35,993 bases of DNA from Geosiphon pyriformis uo1 (lineage: Eukaryota; Fungi; Glomeromycota), in the NCBI GenBank assembly GCA_016748015.1, contig JAAOMT010000791.1, forward strand, positions 32,372 to 68,364, in the 5' to 3' direction. How positions within the stretch are numbered: position 1 is the stretch's first letter; every line of letters begins with the position of its first letter. The notes under the pieces are model-generated. The model saw only the letters and a list, made by a program, of their open reading frames with translations, was not told the DNA's origin and made no database searches. Of the stretch, positions 24,330 to 34,600 are shown in pieces. The position numbers were made by a program, and so were the translations under genes.

Positions 24330-25037
24330 ATGATTATTCCCCGAAATATTCAACAAATATTCCAAAAATTAATGTTAGCCTTGAAAATACTCTCTGACTT
24401 ATCTATAACAATCAATGGAAGTCAAATTAATTACATTCAGAAAGAAACCACAGCTCCAGTAGCAAATCATTTACAGAACTATCACCCCTATAGAAGAAAA
24501 ACAAGAAGTCACTCTGAGAATAGATTACCAAGACTTTTGAAGCAGGCACTAGAAGAAAATCTTTTAATTGCCCCTATTGACATTTCACCAAATGCTACAA
24601 TGCAACAAAAACTTCTACTACTTCTTAATAAACAGAACAATAAACACACCCCTATCTATAAATACTTTCAAATTGGAAAAACACTTTATAAACGAAAACT
24701 GGAACTTGAAGCAACAAATCTTACTCCTGAAGTTATACAAAAACAAATCTACAATGAATTTAAAACAGCAGCTGGACCAACAAACACTCGCTACAAACTT
24801 AGAGCAGCTCTTAGACTCTATGACTTGTTTAATACTTGTGAAAATGTTCTACAAAATTCAATACTGCAACCAATGAAAGTCCAATACATTGGCAAACTCA
24901 CAGAACTGAAATTTCAACAATTTTCAGACCAGATTACTTCAATTATTTTAGATCACTATCTCAATATTACAGATAGTGCTTGGACTTTGACGGAGCTCAG
25001 TCTTGAGGAGGAGATTATGTTACCAGTAAAATTTTAG
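24330..25037 (+). CDS. Element B ORF3, intact 235-aa protein of unknown function at the env position
   Basis: Open ATG-to-TAG frame overlapping the PPT and the first 20 nt of the 3' LTR. Homologues occur in A and E. No signal peptide or transmembrane segment is visible. Confidence 0.8.
   Translation: MIIPRNIQQIFQKLMLALKILSDLSITINGSQINYIQKETTAPVANHLQNYHPYRRKTRSHSENRLPRLLKQALEENLLIAPIDISPNATMQQKLLLLLNKQNNKHTPIYKYFQIGKTLYKRKLELEATNLTPEVIQKQIYNEFKTAAGPTNTRYKLRAALRLYDLFNTCENVLQNSILQPMKVQYIGKLTELKFQQFSDQITSIILDHYLNITDSAWTLTELSLEEEIMLPVKF
25005..25014 (+). promoter_or_regulatory. Element B polypurine tract
   Basis: GAGGAGGAGA ends 3 nt before the 3' LTR. Confidence 0.8.
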
Positions 25038-26029
25038 CTATTAATTAGCATGAAATTACTCTTATAATTCCTATAATTCATTAGTATATTAAAATTATTT
25101 TAAATTATCATTTATTATTTAATCAATTATCACATATCACGATTCAATTAAAATAATCTAATTAGTATAACAGAAAGTAGGATGATCAAATTACACAATA
25201 CTCTGAACTTTGTAACATTCAAAAATTCGCCGAAATTTACAGAAATTCGCCAAAATTTATAAGAAATTCGCCAAAATTTACAGAAATTTGCCGAAATTAT
25301 GAATAGTTCACCCAAATTAATCAATAGTTCAGCGAAATAACTTGTAGTTCATCAAAATGTATCTTTAGTTTGCTGAAATTTGAGCAAAGAGAAAAAGTGC
25401 AAGTTCATAGACTAGTACTACAACAAGTTGTATAAAAGAAGAGCTTTTTTCTTCTGGAAAAGATATTTTACTTTAGATTTATTACTTAGAACCATTCTTA
25501 TACACACAAAAAGAAATAAATATCAAATAATTTGAAAAACCAAGTTCTTTAATTATTGCACTTGGAAAATCCCCAAAACCCAACTAACATTTCGAAATTG
25601 ATTAGCTACCAATTTCAGTAAACTGTTAGTGACTCCAGGCCTGGATAGAAAACGTTTCCCTTGACAGAATTCTATTTCTTTTACATTCCTTTTATTTTTC
25701 TTTTATTTTCTTATTACAATCATTAGGGTAGCCTACAGATAAGATTCCTGTAGAAGAGTTGACTTTCACAGCAAAGTAACTATACATTTTAGTGAGCTTC
25801 CAGACAAGCAATTCCTGGGAAAGAGTTGACATTTACTACAACATAACTACATAAAGTAACTGGCAAAGGAATTGGCCATTCCACTTATAAGTCTAGCAGT
25901 TCAAATTATAGAAGATAATTTGAAGATAAATTTAGTTATTGGAGGTTCAACTACTTCCTGAAAACATGAATTCACAGCAAATCAACATTACCAACATTTA
26001 AGAAAAGAGACCAAAAACCTCTGGTAACA
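25018..26029 (+). repeat. Element B 3' LTR (1012 bp)
   Basis: Direct repeat of 16077-17089. Confidence 0.97.
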
Positions 26030-27399
26030 CCAGTTAATCCACAGTGATAGCACACAGGTGGGCCACAATTTTGCTGTCTTTGATAGGGAGGTTGCTGGGG
26101 CTGGTTAAAACGAGGTTTGTATTTAGGTCTTGGTGGTTGCTGATTATCTCTAACTACTTGTGCCAAAGGTTCTAATAACCAGGCAAGATTGGCTGTGAGT
26201 CTATCAATTAATTGTTCATTTGGATCTTGAGTTTGGGCAGCAAAAAAAGCAGCAGCTATTTGAGGGGCAGGAGCCATGACAGAAGCAGAAGCAAAAACTG
26301 AAAGTGTAGATTCCAAATGTATTCTTTGGTTGTCTTCAATTCATTGGGCAAGTTCAATGGCCATGTCCATTATAGGGTTGTCTTTTAGAGCCAAGAGAGG
26401 CCAAAGAGCATAAGATAAATCGGTTCTCAATCTTTTTGTGAGGGAATAAATCTTTTGTTCTTCTGTCCAGTTTTTCCTAAAGTTTACATGTTTGATTAGC
26501 TTTCTAATAGCTTTGGCATATTCAGTTACTATTTCTCCAGGGTTTTGAGTTCTTCTTTTCAATTTCATGTACCATTTGGATATTAATATTGGGGTTCTGA
26601 ACTTGGCCTCAAATTAGGTAGTGAAAGAGGTATTTTCTTCTCCAGTATTAATTGGTGTCTATCTGATTATTTTGTGTTGAGCATTGGCATTTGTTTCTTG
26701 TGAGAACCAGGTAGCAGAAGAGCCTTGAAGGTAGCCACTAACGATTTGGAACTTGTATTCTTCATCATACTGGTTGGCTGTGGCAGCTCTCTCAAAATTA
26801 TCTAACCATTCAATTGGATCTTGTGCATCACCTCTAAATAGTAGTAATAGGGTATTGTTTCTTCTTCCTAGAGCAGTTTGTATACTTTGGAGGGTGGCCA
26901 GAATGTTTGCTTGCATGAGGTCATTAGCCATTGGTTCAGGGGTAACTGTTTGTGTAGACAAGTCTGATTTGCTTGATAAAAGGTCAAAAACAGGGGCAGT
27001 TTGGTAGCTTTCTTCTTCTGTTTCAAAGGGAGTTTCGGTTGCTTGATGAACAACAATCAAAATGTGGATTTGATGATTCAGATATTCAAAATCAGGGGGC
27101 TGTTGTTCAAAGGTTGCAGAATATAAGAGCTGATTGATACTGTTGTTTTTTTCTTTAAAGTTGTTTTCAAAATAAGCTTGGTCAAAGTAATAGGTTGTAT
27201 AAGCTGTGTAGGTTTCAGCTGAATGCTCATTCAGGAACCAGTTCCAAAAGTCTTGGAATTGTCTACTGGATTGTTCTTCAAGGGGGAAGCAGATCAAGCA
27301 GGAGGGCAGAGGATTAAGTTCAATGAAATCTAAGTTATTTCTGTTATATGCTGCAAAGTGTTCTTCTAATTGCTATGGCAAATATGAGTAATCACCCAT
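26030..27399 (-). pseudogene. Element A gag (5' part, up to the interrupted zinc knuckle)
   Basis: ATG at 27399. FRGDAQDPIEWLDNFERAATANQY, QNPGEIVTEY and CYHCGLTG, the last broken by element B. Confidence 0.88.
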
Positions 27400-27427
27400 A
27401 CAATGAGGGAATAAGTGAATTTTGACA

Positions 27428-27445
27428 ACCTCACAGAAAGCACCA
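27428..27445 (-). promoter_or_regulatory. Element A primer-binding site, probably elongator tRNA-Met
   Basis: TGGTGCTTTCTGTGAGGT begins 6 nt from the 5' LTR. Its complement ACCTCACAGAAAGCA-CCA resembles eukaryotic elongator tRNA-Met 3' ends (from recall, not searched). Confidence 0.75.
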
Positions 27446-27451
27446 CTTTTA

Positions 27452-28142
27452 TGTTACGGGTTGGAGTAACAAGCTAACGGATAGCAAGGAAGAACAGAAT
27501 TGTAGGGTGATGGAAATAATCAAAGAGAAATTCAACTTTAAAGAGCGAATTGAATGAGTATAAATTCAATGTGCAAGATCAGTCTCATAAAATATCTCAG
27601 TCGCTATTTTTTTCAAAGGTAACTGGGAAATCTAAAGGTAGAAGAATAGTCTATACTGTTAACAATTGATCACCACTAATATAATTCTATGCCTTATGTC
27701 GGCGCTCTTAGAATTCAATATCAGGTATCAACTTGTGCTTTTCAGTCACGTTTATTCAAATAATCTTCAAATGCTACAATTATATATGTCAGGAAAAGGC
27801 CAACAAGTAATTTTTTATCCTAAGATATTCGGATACTTAAAGGTAGGAAAAGAGAAATTAGTGATAAGAGAGTGATTGAGATGAAAGTTGTTATTTTTAT
27901 TTATTTGATTCTTGTCTGAGAAATGATTTTCTACAGCTAAGAGACTCATTGCTTATATAACTATTAAAAGTGGTCAATGACTAAGTCAATGATTAGGTCA
28001 ATAATCAGGTCAATAATCAGGTCAATGGTCAGGTCATTGATCAGGTCAATGATCACTATCTAAAAATAGAGTGGCTAATTATATGACATCAGTGACTAAT
28101 ACATGTGATAACTAATAAAAATTATGGATTTCAACCATAACA
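27452..28142 (-). repeat. Element A 5' LTR (691 bp), with ~7 x 12-bp units at 27972-28054
   Basis: TGTTACGGG...CCATAACA, a direct repeat of 10445-11159. Confidence 0.94.
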
Positions 28143-28146
28143 CTAC

Positions 28147-30720
28147 AATCAATCCTTAAATGTCCTTGTTTATCACAATAGTGGCAGATATGCATCTCTT
28201 GCTGTCACAGCTAATTGGAAGATGTTGATAAACACAACTGATTCTGGAAACAATTCACATTTTTTTGGTTATTGCATCATTGTGGAGGTTAATAAATTGT
28301 GCGATTGTCAGCTAAGTATCTTTCTAATTTCTGATTTATTGATTCACTAAATTGCTTCAATTTGGAATCCAAGTCAGATAATCTATTCATTACTAGATTT
28401 ACTGTTTGGGTATGGTTGGCTTCTAATTCAGCAGCTTCAAAATCTCTGGCATTTGTGACAGCTGCTTGTAGGTCAACTGGATGCATTGGATATATGCATT
28501 GCAGGATGCTACTGCATAATCTGCAAATGAACTGATTTAGGATCTGGGCTACTGTGAAGTAATTAGTGTCGATGGCTTGTATTTGGTGCAGATTCCTATG
28601 GAAGCATTCTAAATAAGTAGTGACTGCTTCATTTTTTCCTTGTTTGATAGTGGTAAAGGTATTTGCTAGTCTGTTAATGCTGTTGTTGTTGCTGAAATAT
28701 CTTAAAAACTCAATTTTAAATACATTAAAATCTTGGGGTTTGTTGACCAGACTTTAGTACCATTGTTACGGTTTAAGAATTTAGCAAAAAGAATCATAAA
28801 AATAATACAAACTATTCAATCATAATATAGCACAGTAATAATCTTAGAAAGGTAATGATTAACATAGTAGCAAACACCATCTCGCGATAGTAGCAAGCAT
28901 CAGTTCACAATAGCAGCCAACACCAACTGGTGATAGCAGCAAGCACCAGGTTGAAATATCAAAAAGAAAGTATTTTCTCATAGAACTACAAACATGTATA
29001 TATACAGTAGTTTTAATATTGAGAAAGAATCAATCAAGTAATAAAAATCATAACTTATCAAGCAATAGATCCAATTTTATCCAACAAACTCCACTTTAAA
29101 TCATACTTTCAAATTAAATATCCCAAGAAACCTTTAAAATCAAAAAGAAATGAAAAAGAATATTTAAAACTGAACTATCACAACCCAAAGTATTAAGAAA
29201 CTTACTTGTATTATTTATTGAATGAAACTATCATTNNNNNNNNNNNNNNNNNNNNGCTAAAGACCATTAACATTCTGTGTTTCTAGATTAGAGAAACACA
29301 TCAGGCAATTGCAAGGATAGCCTCAGAGAAGACCCCAGACAGTGGGTAGATTTCAGTTCAGCCTCTGAGAAGGAGTACATAAACACACACAACAATCAAG
29401 AATTAAAGAATAACTTACATCGCAACAGTAAAAAGAAAGCCTTCAGTGTAACAGTGACATTATCACACAAATAGAATTGAGGAACTCACGAAAGACTGAT
29501 TGCAATTAAAGCGGGATATCAGCAATTAAATATAACAAGAAAACCATCTCGTAACACCATGAATTGGTAGTATTCTGAAGAAAATATGGGATAACTTGCA
29601 TGGCTCTGGCATCATTCCATCCATTAGCTGCAATGGCTTTTTCCACATCATTTAGCCATACTTGAACATCGTCTTTTTTGCTGGTAAATTTTTTGAGTTT
29701 GGCTATTGGTGCATATGCCATTGGATCTAAGTTGGATTGTAGTGGTTGTTGAAGCTGTTGTTGTGGCTGCTGTGGTAGTTGAGGTGATTGAAGTGGCTGT
29801 TGTTGCTGTTTGTTGATTGGTGGAGCTGGAGGTAGATTGATCACAATTACTGGAGGTAAGTGTTGTTGATTATTAATGTTGGGATTTTGATCATTTGGAT
29901 TGTGCTGTATTTGAAAATTTGGAGTTTCAATTTCTGGATTTTCTAAATTTGGATTTTGCTGAATCTGAAAATTCAGAGTTTCAATGTTCGGGTTTTCTGG
30001 GATTGGGTTCTAGTAAGTAAATTCTTGATCTTCAGATTCTTCTTTCTCTTCTTCTTGTTTTTTTTCCGAATTTGTTACTTTCCAGAGACTTGCAGTTCCG
30101 AAATCTGGTTGCAGTAGTGGAGATCAAAGTCTTAATGGCATTGGAGATTGTGACTTAAATCCTTTGAAATATGTGTCATATAGTTTTAAAAGATCTTCTT
30201 TCCTTTGTTTACTCTGAAATAGAAATCATCTAAAGGTTGATGTTGCATGTGATGTGGATACATCTGTTGCTGTAATGTTGATGATGCTTCCAGATATATA
30301 GTGGTATGATGGATTTGTTGGTAATTTAATTCTGTGTTTCTTCCAAATGGGTGGTTGGATCCGTTGGGGTGTTACTGCTGGTGTTTGTAATTTTCTTTTG
30401 TCTTTATTGGCATAAGTCATTGGGTATCTTTGTTGTGTATAATGTTCAATTTCTTTATTAATCTCAGTGATGATAGATGCAAAATTATAATTTGTTGGTA
30501 AGCTGGTGTTTTAGATTAATTTGTGGTAAAAAGTTTCTTTTGCTGATTCAGTGTTTACTGATATTTCTAACAAATAAGCAATTTTTTTGTTGACGTAAAA
30601 ATTGAAAGCTGATTCTGCTGATATCTGATTGTGGTTCAATTCCAAATGTTGACAGTAGTGTTGAAATAAAGATTTCATGAATCCTAAATGGTTTGCTCCT
30701 ATACTTTCTGATTCTGCCAC
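28147..30720 (-). pseudogene. Element C gag, split by solo LTR D
   Basis: IPYFLQNTTNSW|Y*SLVNKPQDFNVFKIEFLRYF rejoins across D. Also HPVDLQAAVTNARDFE and CHYCDKQGHLRID. Confidence 0.85.
28764..29556. mobile_element. Element D: apparent solo LTR (~793 bp including an N gap), TSD CCAT
   Basis: TGTTACG...CGTAACA termini with CCAT at 28760-28763 and 29557-29560. Removing it restores the C gag frame. Contains 4 x 23-bp units at 28864-28950. Confidence 0.88.
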
Positions 30721-30760
30721 TGTTGATTTATTTGTTGGTGCTGGTTCTCTGTAGAATTAT

Positions 30761-30778
30761 ATCTCACAGGGAGCACCA
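30761..30778 (-). promoter_or_regulatory. Element C primer-binding site
   Basis: TGGTGCTCCCTGTGAGAT begins 2 nt from the LTR end and is very similar to the A PBS. Confidence 0.78.
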
Positions 30779-30780
30779 AA

Positions 30781-31630
30781 TGTTACAGATGATTATTTAG
30801 GGTCTCAAATCAAATAACAAATTCATAACTTGGTGCTTAGTTGGTACTTGGGTGTTGATATCTGAAGATTTTGGTTGTGAAGTTTTTTGTATAATGGACA
30901 GAGATTTAATAGTTTGTTTTCAGTAGTCTCCTGAAATTGCAATTCTATTGAATTTCTTTTTTAGCATGGTGGCCAGTAATCCTTCTGGTAAGCTATCCTC
31001 AAATCTATAAGTGTTTTACCCTTGTTTTACGAGTTTTTTACCAGTCCCTATAACATCTGTATCTCAGTGCTTAATTCTTAATCAATTTAGTAAAACCAAA
31101 AAAATAACAAAAAAGAAATAAAAGAAAATAAAAGAAATAAACAAAAGCAATTACAAGTTAGTATCCCATTAATAGCCATAATCAAGAGTTATTGTTTCAG
31201 TGTGGTTAAGTATTAATTACTATCAACATGAAGTATTGATAATTGAAAGTGAATTTGGATGGTGAATGATTTATTTATTTAATATTTGTGGATGAAAGAT
31301 TTCTAACTCTAGGATTCTGCCCTTTTTACTTCTAATGCTATTGCTATATATACATAATTGATGTTCTACAAGATTGTTCACATTTCCAAGCAATGTGCTA
31401 TGATTTCTTAAGCAATGTTCATATTGCTGAGCAATGTGCCCTAATTTTCTCACATTACTCCATATTGCTAAGCAATGTGCTATGTTTTCTGACATTGCTC
31501 TACATTGCTGAGCAATGTGCCATGTTTTCTGACATTGCTTCCCATTGCTGAGCAATGTGTTCACATGTTATATACTATTCACTTATTGGTTTACTATTTC
31601 TCTATATCTGTTTTTTTTCTATAAGTAACA
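30781..31630 (-). repeat. Element C 5' LTR (outer boundary tentative)
   Basis: TGTTAC at 30781 and GTAACA at 31625-31630. No partner LTR is present to confirm the boundary. Confidence 0.6.
31380..31562. repeat. ~5 x 40-41-bp tandem units containing the palindrome CATTGCT-G-AGCAATG
   Basis: Unit cores start at about 31382, 31423, 31464, 31504 and 31544. Confidence 0.88.
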
Positions 31631-31649
31631 ACAGTTATTATTAAATTAA

Positions 31650-34600
31650 ATTGTAATAACTAATTATTATCTTTAATTAAAATATATTTTTTCAAAAAAA
31701 TAAAGCTTTTTTTTATGCAACTTATTATAATATTATTTTATAATCCAGTTTTTTTTTAATATTTTAGTAAATTAAAAATATATTTTATTAAACTACAAAT
31801 TATTTTTGTAACTATAAGTTAACTAAATATTTTAATAAATTTTTGATTATTATATAGTTTAGCATACTATATAACCTAATTATTGCAATTAATTATATAT
31901 ATATTTTTTTATTTAGTTTTAATAAGTATAATCCAACTACTATTTAGTACTTTGAAACAACCAAGTTTTCTAAACTAAGTAAAGTTCATGTACTTTTTAT
32001 ATGTAACCAGCTATTTGAGCCAGTTTAGGCTATACTATGCTGACAATTTACAAAAAAACTTGTTTAAGATAGACATCTTTTGAATTACATCAAACAAAAT
32101 AAGACTACTAAAAACTAATTCAACAAGCCATTTGGCTGTTTTTATGGAACTGGACCTAATTTCAAGAGATTTAAATTTTCAGAGTGCCATTAACTTACCA
32201 AATACTTTATTATTTACTCCAACTAAAACTTCAAAATCACCAGACAAATTAATATTATCTATGCTACACTTAGTCTTTAATACTACCATCTTTTTTTTCA
32301 ACTTATTAATAGATTTGCTAAAAACACTCAAATATATTATAAGCTTATTAATTTTGTTTTTAAACTTGCTGCTAAACATGAAATTACTCTTAATAAATTG
32401 TTCAAAAGCAGTTACCAAACCACCAACTGGCTTAACAATAGATTCAATTAACATCAACAATTTGGCCAAATCAAATTCCAAAAACATAAGCTAAAACAAA
32501 ATTAAAGAATTATCTTCAACCTCCAAAAAAAAGTAAAAGTAATTAATAGAAAAAATTTAGAAGAGTCCAGAAGAGCAGACACCTTAGCATAAGACTTTGT
32601 ACTTACAAAGCATAAAGCAAACATCTTGGAAGTCTTGGAAGAAAGAGGCAGAGACATTTTACAATCTGCAGCCAAATAATCCATTTCTTAATACCTAAAA
32701 CAATATTAATAATCAGATGTTTTTTATCAAATATAATACTTTCTTAGTGTACTAATTTTTACAATAGCAGCATTCAAATTAACCTAAGATCTAAACATAA
32801 CCAAAGCAAACCAGAAATAATAACCAAAATCAGAAAAATAAGAAATAAAACATGTTTAACCACCAACCTGAAAAACCATATTACTGATTTCAAAAGCAGT
32901 ACAGCCAGAAAAAAGGTTGACCAGCTTGGCTTTAAACCTATCACAAAACAGAATAGTCTTATTTTAATTTACTAAGAAAAAAATTCTAATATTATCTTTG
33001 CTTACCAAAACTAACCAATAATTCAAAGTGGATACAGTAGAGTCTAATTTTTTAAAATAAACAATCACATATTGCCAAATATTAGCAGACTTTAGCACAA
33101 TATGAACAATATTACCAAACACATTAAGAGCTGTCTTAATGTTAGCAACAAACATATTCAAAAACACATCACACAGTACAACAGCAGCAAAAAAAAAACC
33201 AGACTCAGAAACTACCAAAGACTTGCCAATTTTAAAAGTGACTAAACAAACAGAACTTGTAAGCTTAATTAAAAATGCAGCTTCCAAAGACATCTGAGAA
33301 GCAAATTCCATATAAAAAAGCTTTACATTGTTTTTTAATACTGATTTCACATCCAGAAAACCATATACAGACTAAAAAACAGCTCTAACATAACCTAATT
33401 TAATCTTAAAAGTAATATTAAGCATCAGAGTAAAGACCACTCATCCAGCAAACCTTTGATAACTAGTAATAATTTTTTATGTATCATTAGTAACAGCATC
33501 AAAAACCAGAAAAAAAAATAATTCAGTTTCTATTTGATTAGTTTAGTTCTCAAAAACAGATAACACCACAGAAATATTTATTTTGCTTTTAAAACTGGCA
33601 AAAATTTGTTAAAAAATATCATATTTAACAATACAACTAGTAATTGATTTTGGTCTATCTTGGATAATATGCTGGATAATACTATAAAAATTTTATTAAA
33701 AATTTTATTGGGAACTACAAAGGAGTTTGATATAATAATAACAGAAACAAGTAATTGTTTCCACTTTTCTGAACTTTTAATCTTTTTGACCATTTTTTTT
33801 AAAAAAAAGATGCTAGCAATATTGAATATAGAAACTATAAAAAAAAAGACCAACTTATTGACTAGTCTGTTATTAAAAATTTTTGGGTTTTTTGAAAAAA
33901 TAGAGACAACACTAAAATTAATCTAAATGTGTCTCTTTAAAAAAAACTTTAACTGGTAAAAGATTAGTTAAAGATGAAAAAATTGCTTTAGTAATTATCA
34001 AAGACAGCTTTTTATAATTATTAAGTAAAAAAAGACTTCTAAAACATTTTGTCTAATTGCTTTTACAACAGAGAGAGCTTTTCTGGTTGAAATTTTATTA
34101 AATATCTCAAAAAAAATATTAAGTATAGCTTTTTTACTCTTTGCTTTGATTGTGATCATAAAATTAAGAAGACAAAAGATATATTAATTTTTTTTTAATT
34201 ATATTTATGTTTTGTATAAATTGGATTATTAATTAAATAATAATAAGTAATAATTTAAAATAATAATATATATTAATTATAATAGAAATTATAAAAATAA
34301 TTTTATGTTAATTAATAGCTTAAATTTTTGTAAATAATATAACTTTTTTCTTAAGACTAAGCTTTATTAAAATCTAAGTATTATTAGTAATTTCCAAATA
34401 GTACTCCAAAATTATTAAAGTAATTTGGTTTGAAAATTGTTAAAATTTCAGTTTTGTAAACTTTTTAATATATTAAATTTTCAAAAATTGTAAAATTAAA
34501 TTTTGTAAAATGTTTTTACAAATAATAAACAAATTATAAAGTTTAAAACCTGTTTTAATTTTATAACAAATATTTATTAGTTTAACTATTATTTTTGATG

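Larger units (their letters stand above)
16077..26029 (+). mobile_element. Element B: full-length dUTPase-carrying Ty3/Gypsy LTR retrotransposon (9953 bp), TSD CCAG
   Basis: LTRs at 16077-17089 and 25018-26029 with terminal inverted repeat TGTTACCAG/CTGGTAACA. CCAG at 16073-16076 and 26030-26033. PBS and PPT present. Order gag-PR-dUTPase-RT-RH-IN-ORF3. Confidence 0.97.
10445..28142 (-). mobile_element. Element A: full-length degenerate Ty3/Gypsy LTR retrotransposon (~7.7 kb without B), TSD CTAC
   Basis: Paired LTRs at 10445-11159 and 27452-28142, with CTAC at 10441-10444 and 28143-28146. PBS and PPT present. Domain order gag-PR-RT-RH-IN. Confidence 0.95.
9166..31630 (-). mobile_element. Element C: 3'-truncated Ty3/Gypsy-like LTR retrotransposon (5' LTR, PBS, gag, protease), interrupted by A/B and D
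   Basis: LTR end TGTTACAG at 30781 lies next to a PBS. Gag capsid (IAKLKKFTSKKDDVQVWLNDVEKAIAANGWND), a CCHC knuckle restored by removing A, and protease LILDSRSTGS are present. No RT, integrase or 3' LTR is seen. Confidence 0.8.

Noticed and set aside
24330-25037. Calling ORF3 an env gene or a chromodomain
   Set aside because: No signal peptide, transmembrane anchor or chromodomain aromatic pattern is visible.
31380-31562. Palindromic repeats with regular spacing resembling a CRISPR array
   Set aside because: The intervening sequences are similar to each other, there are no cas genes, and the context is a eukaryotic LTR.
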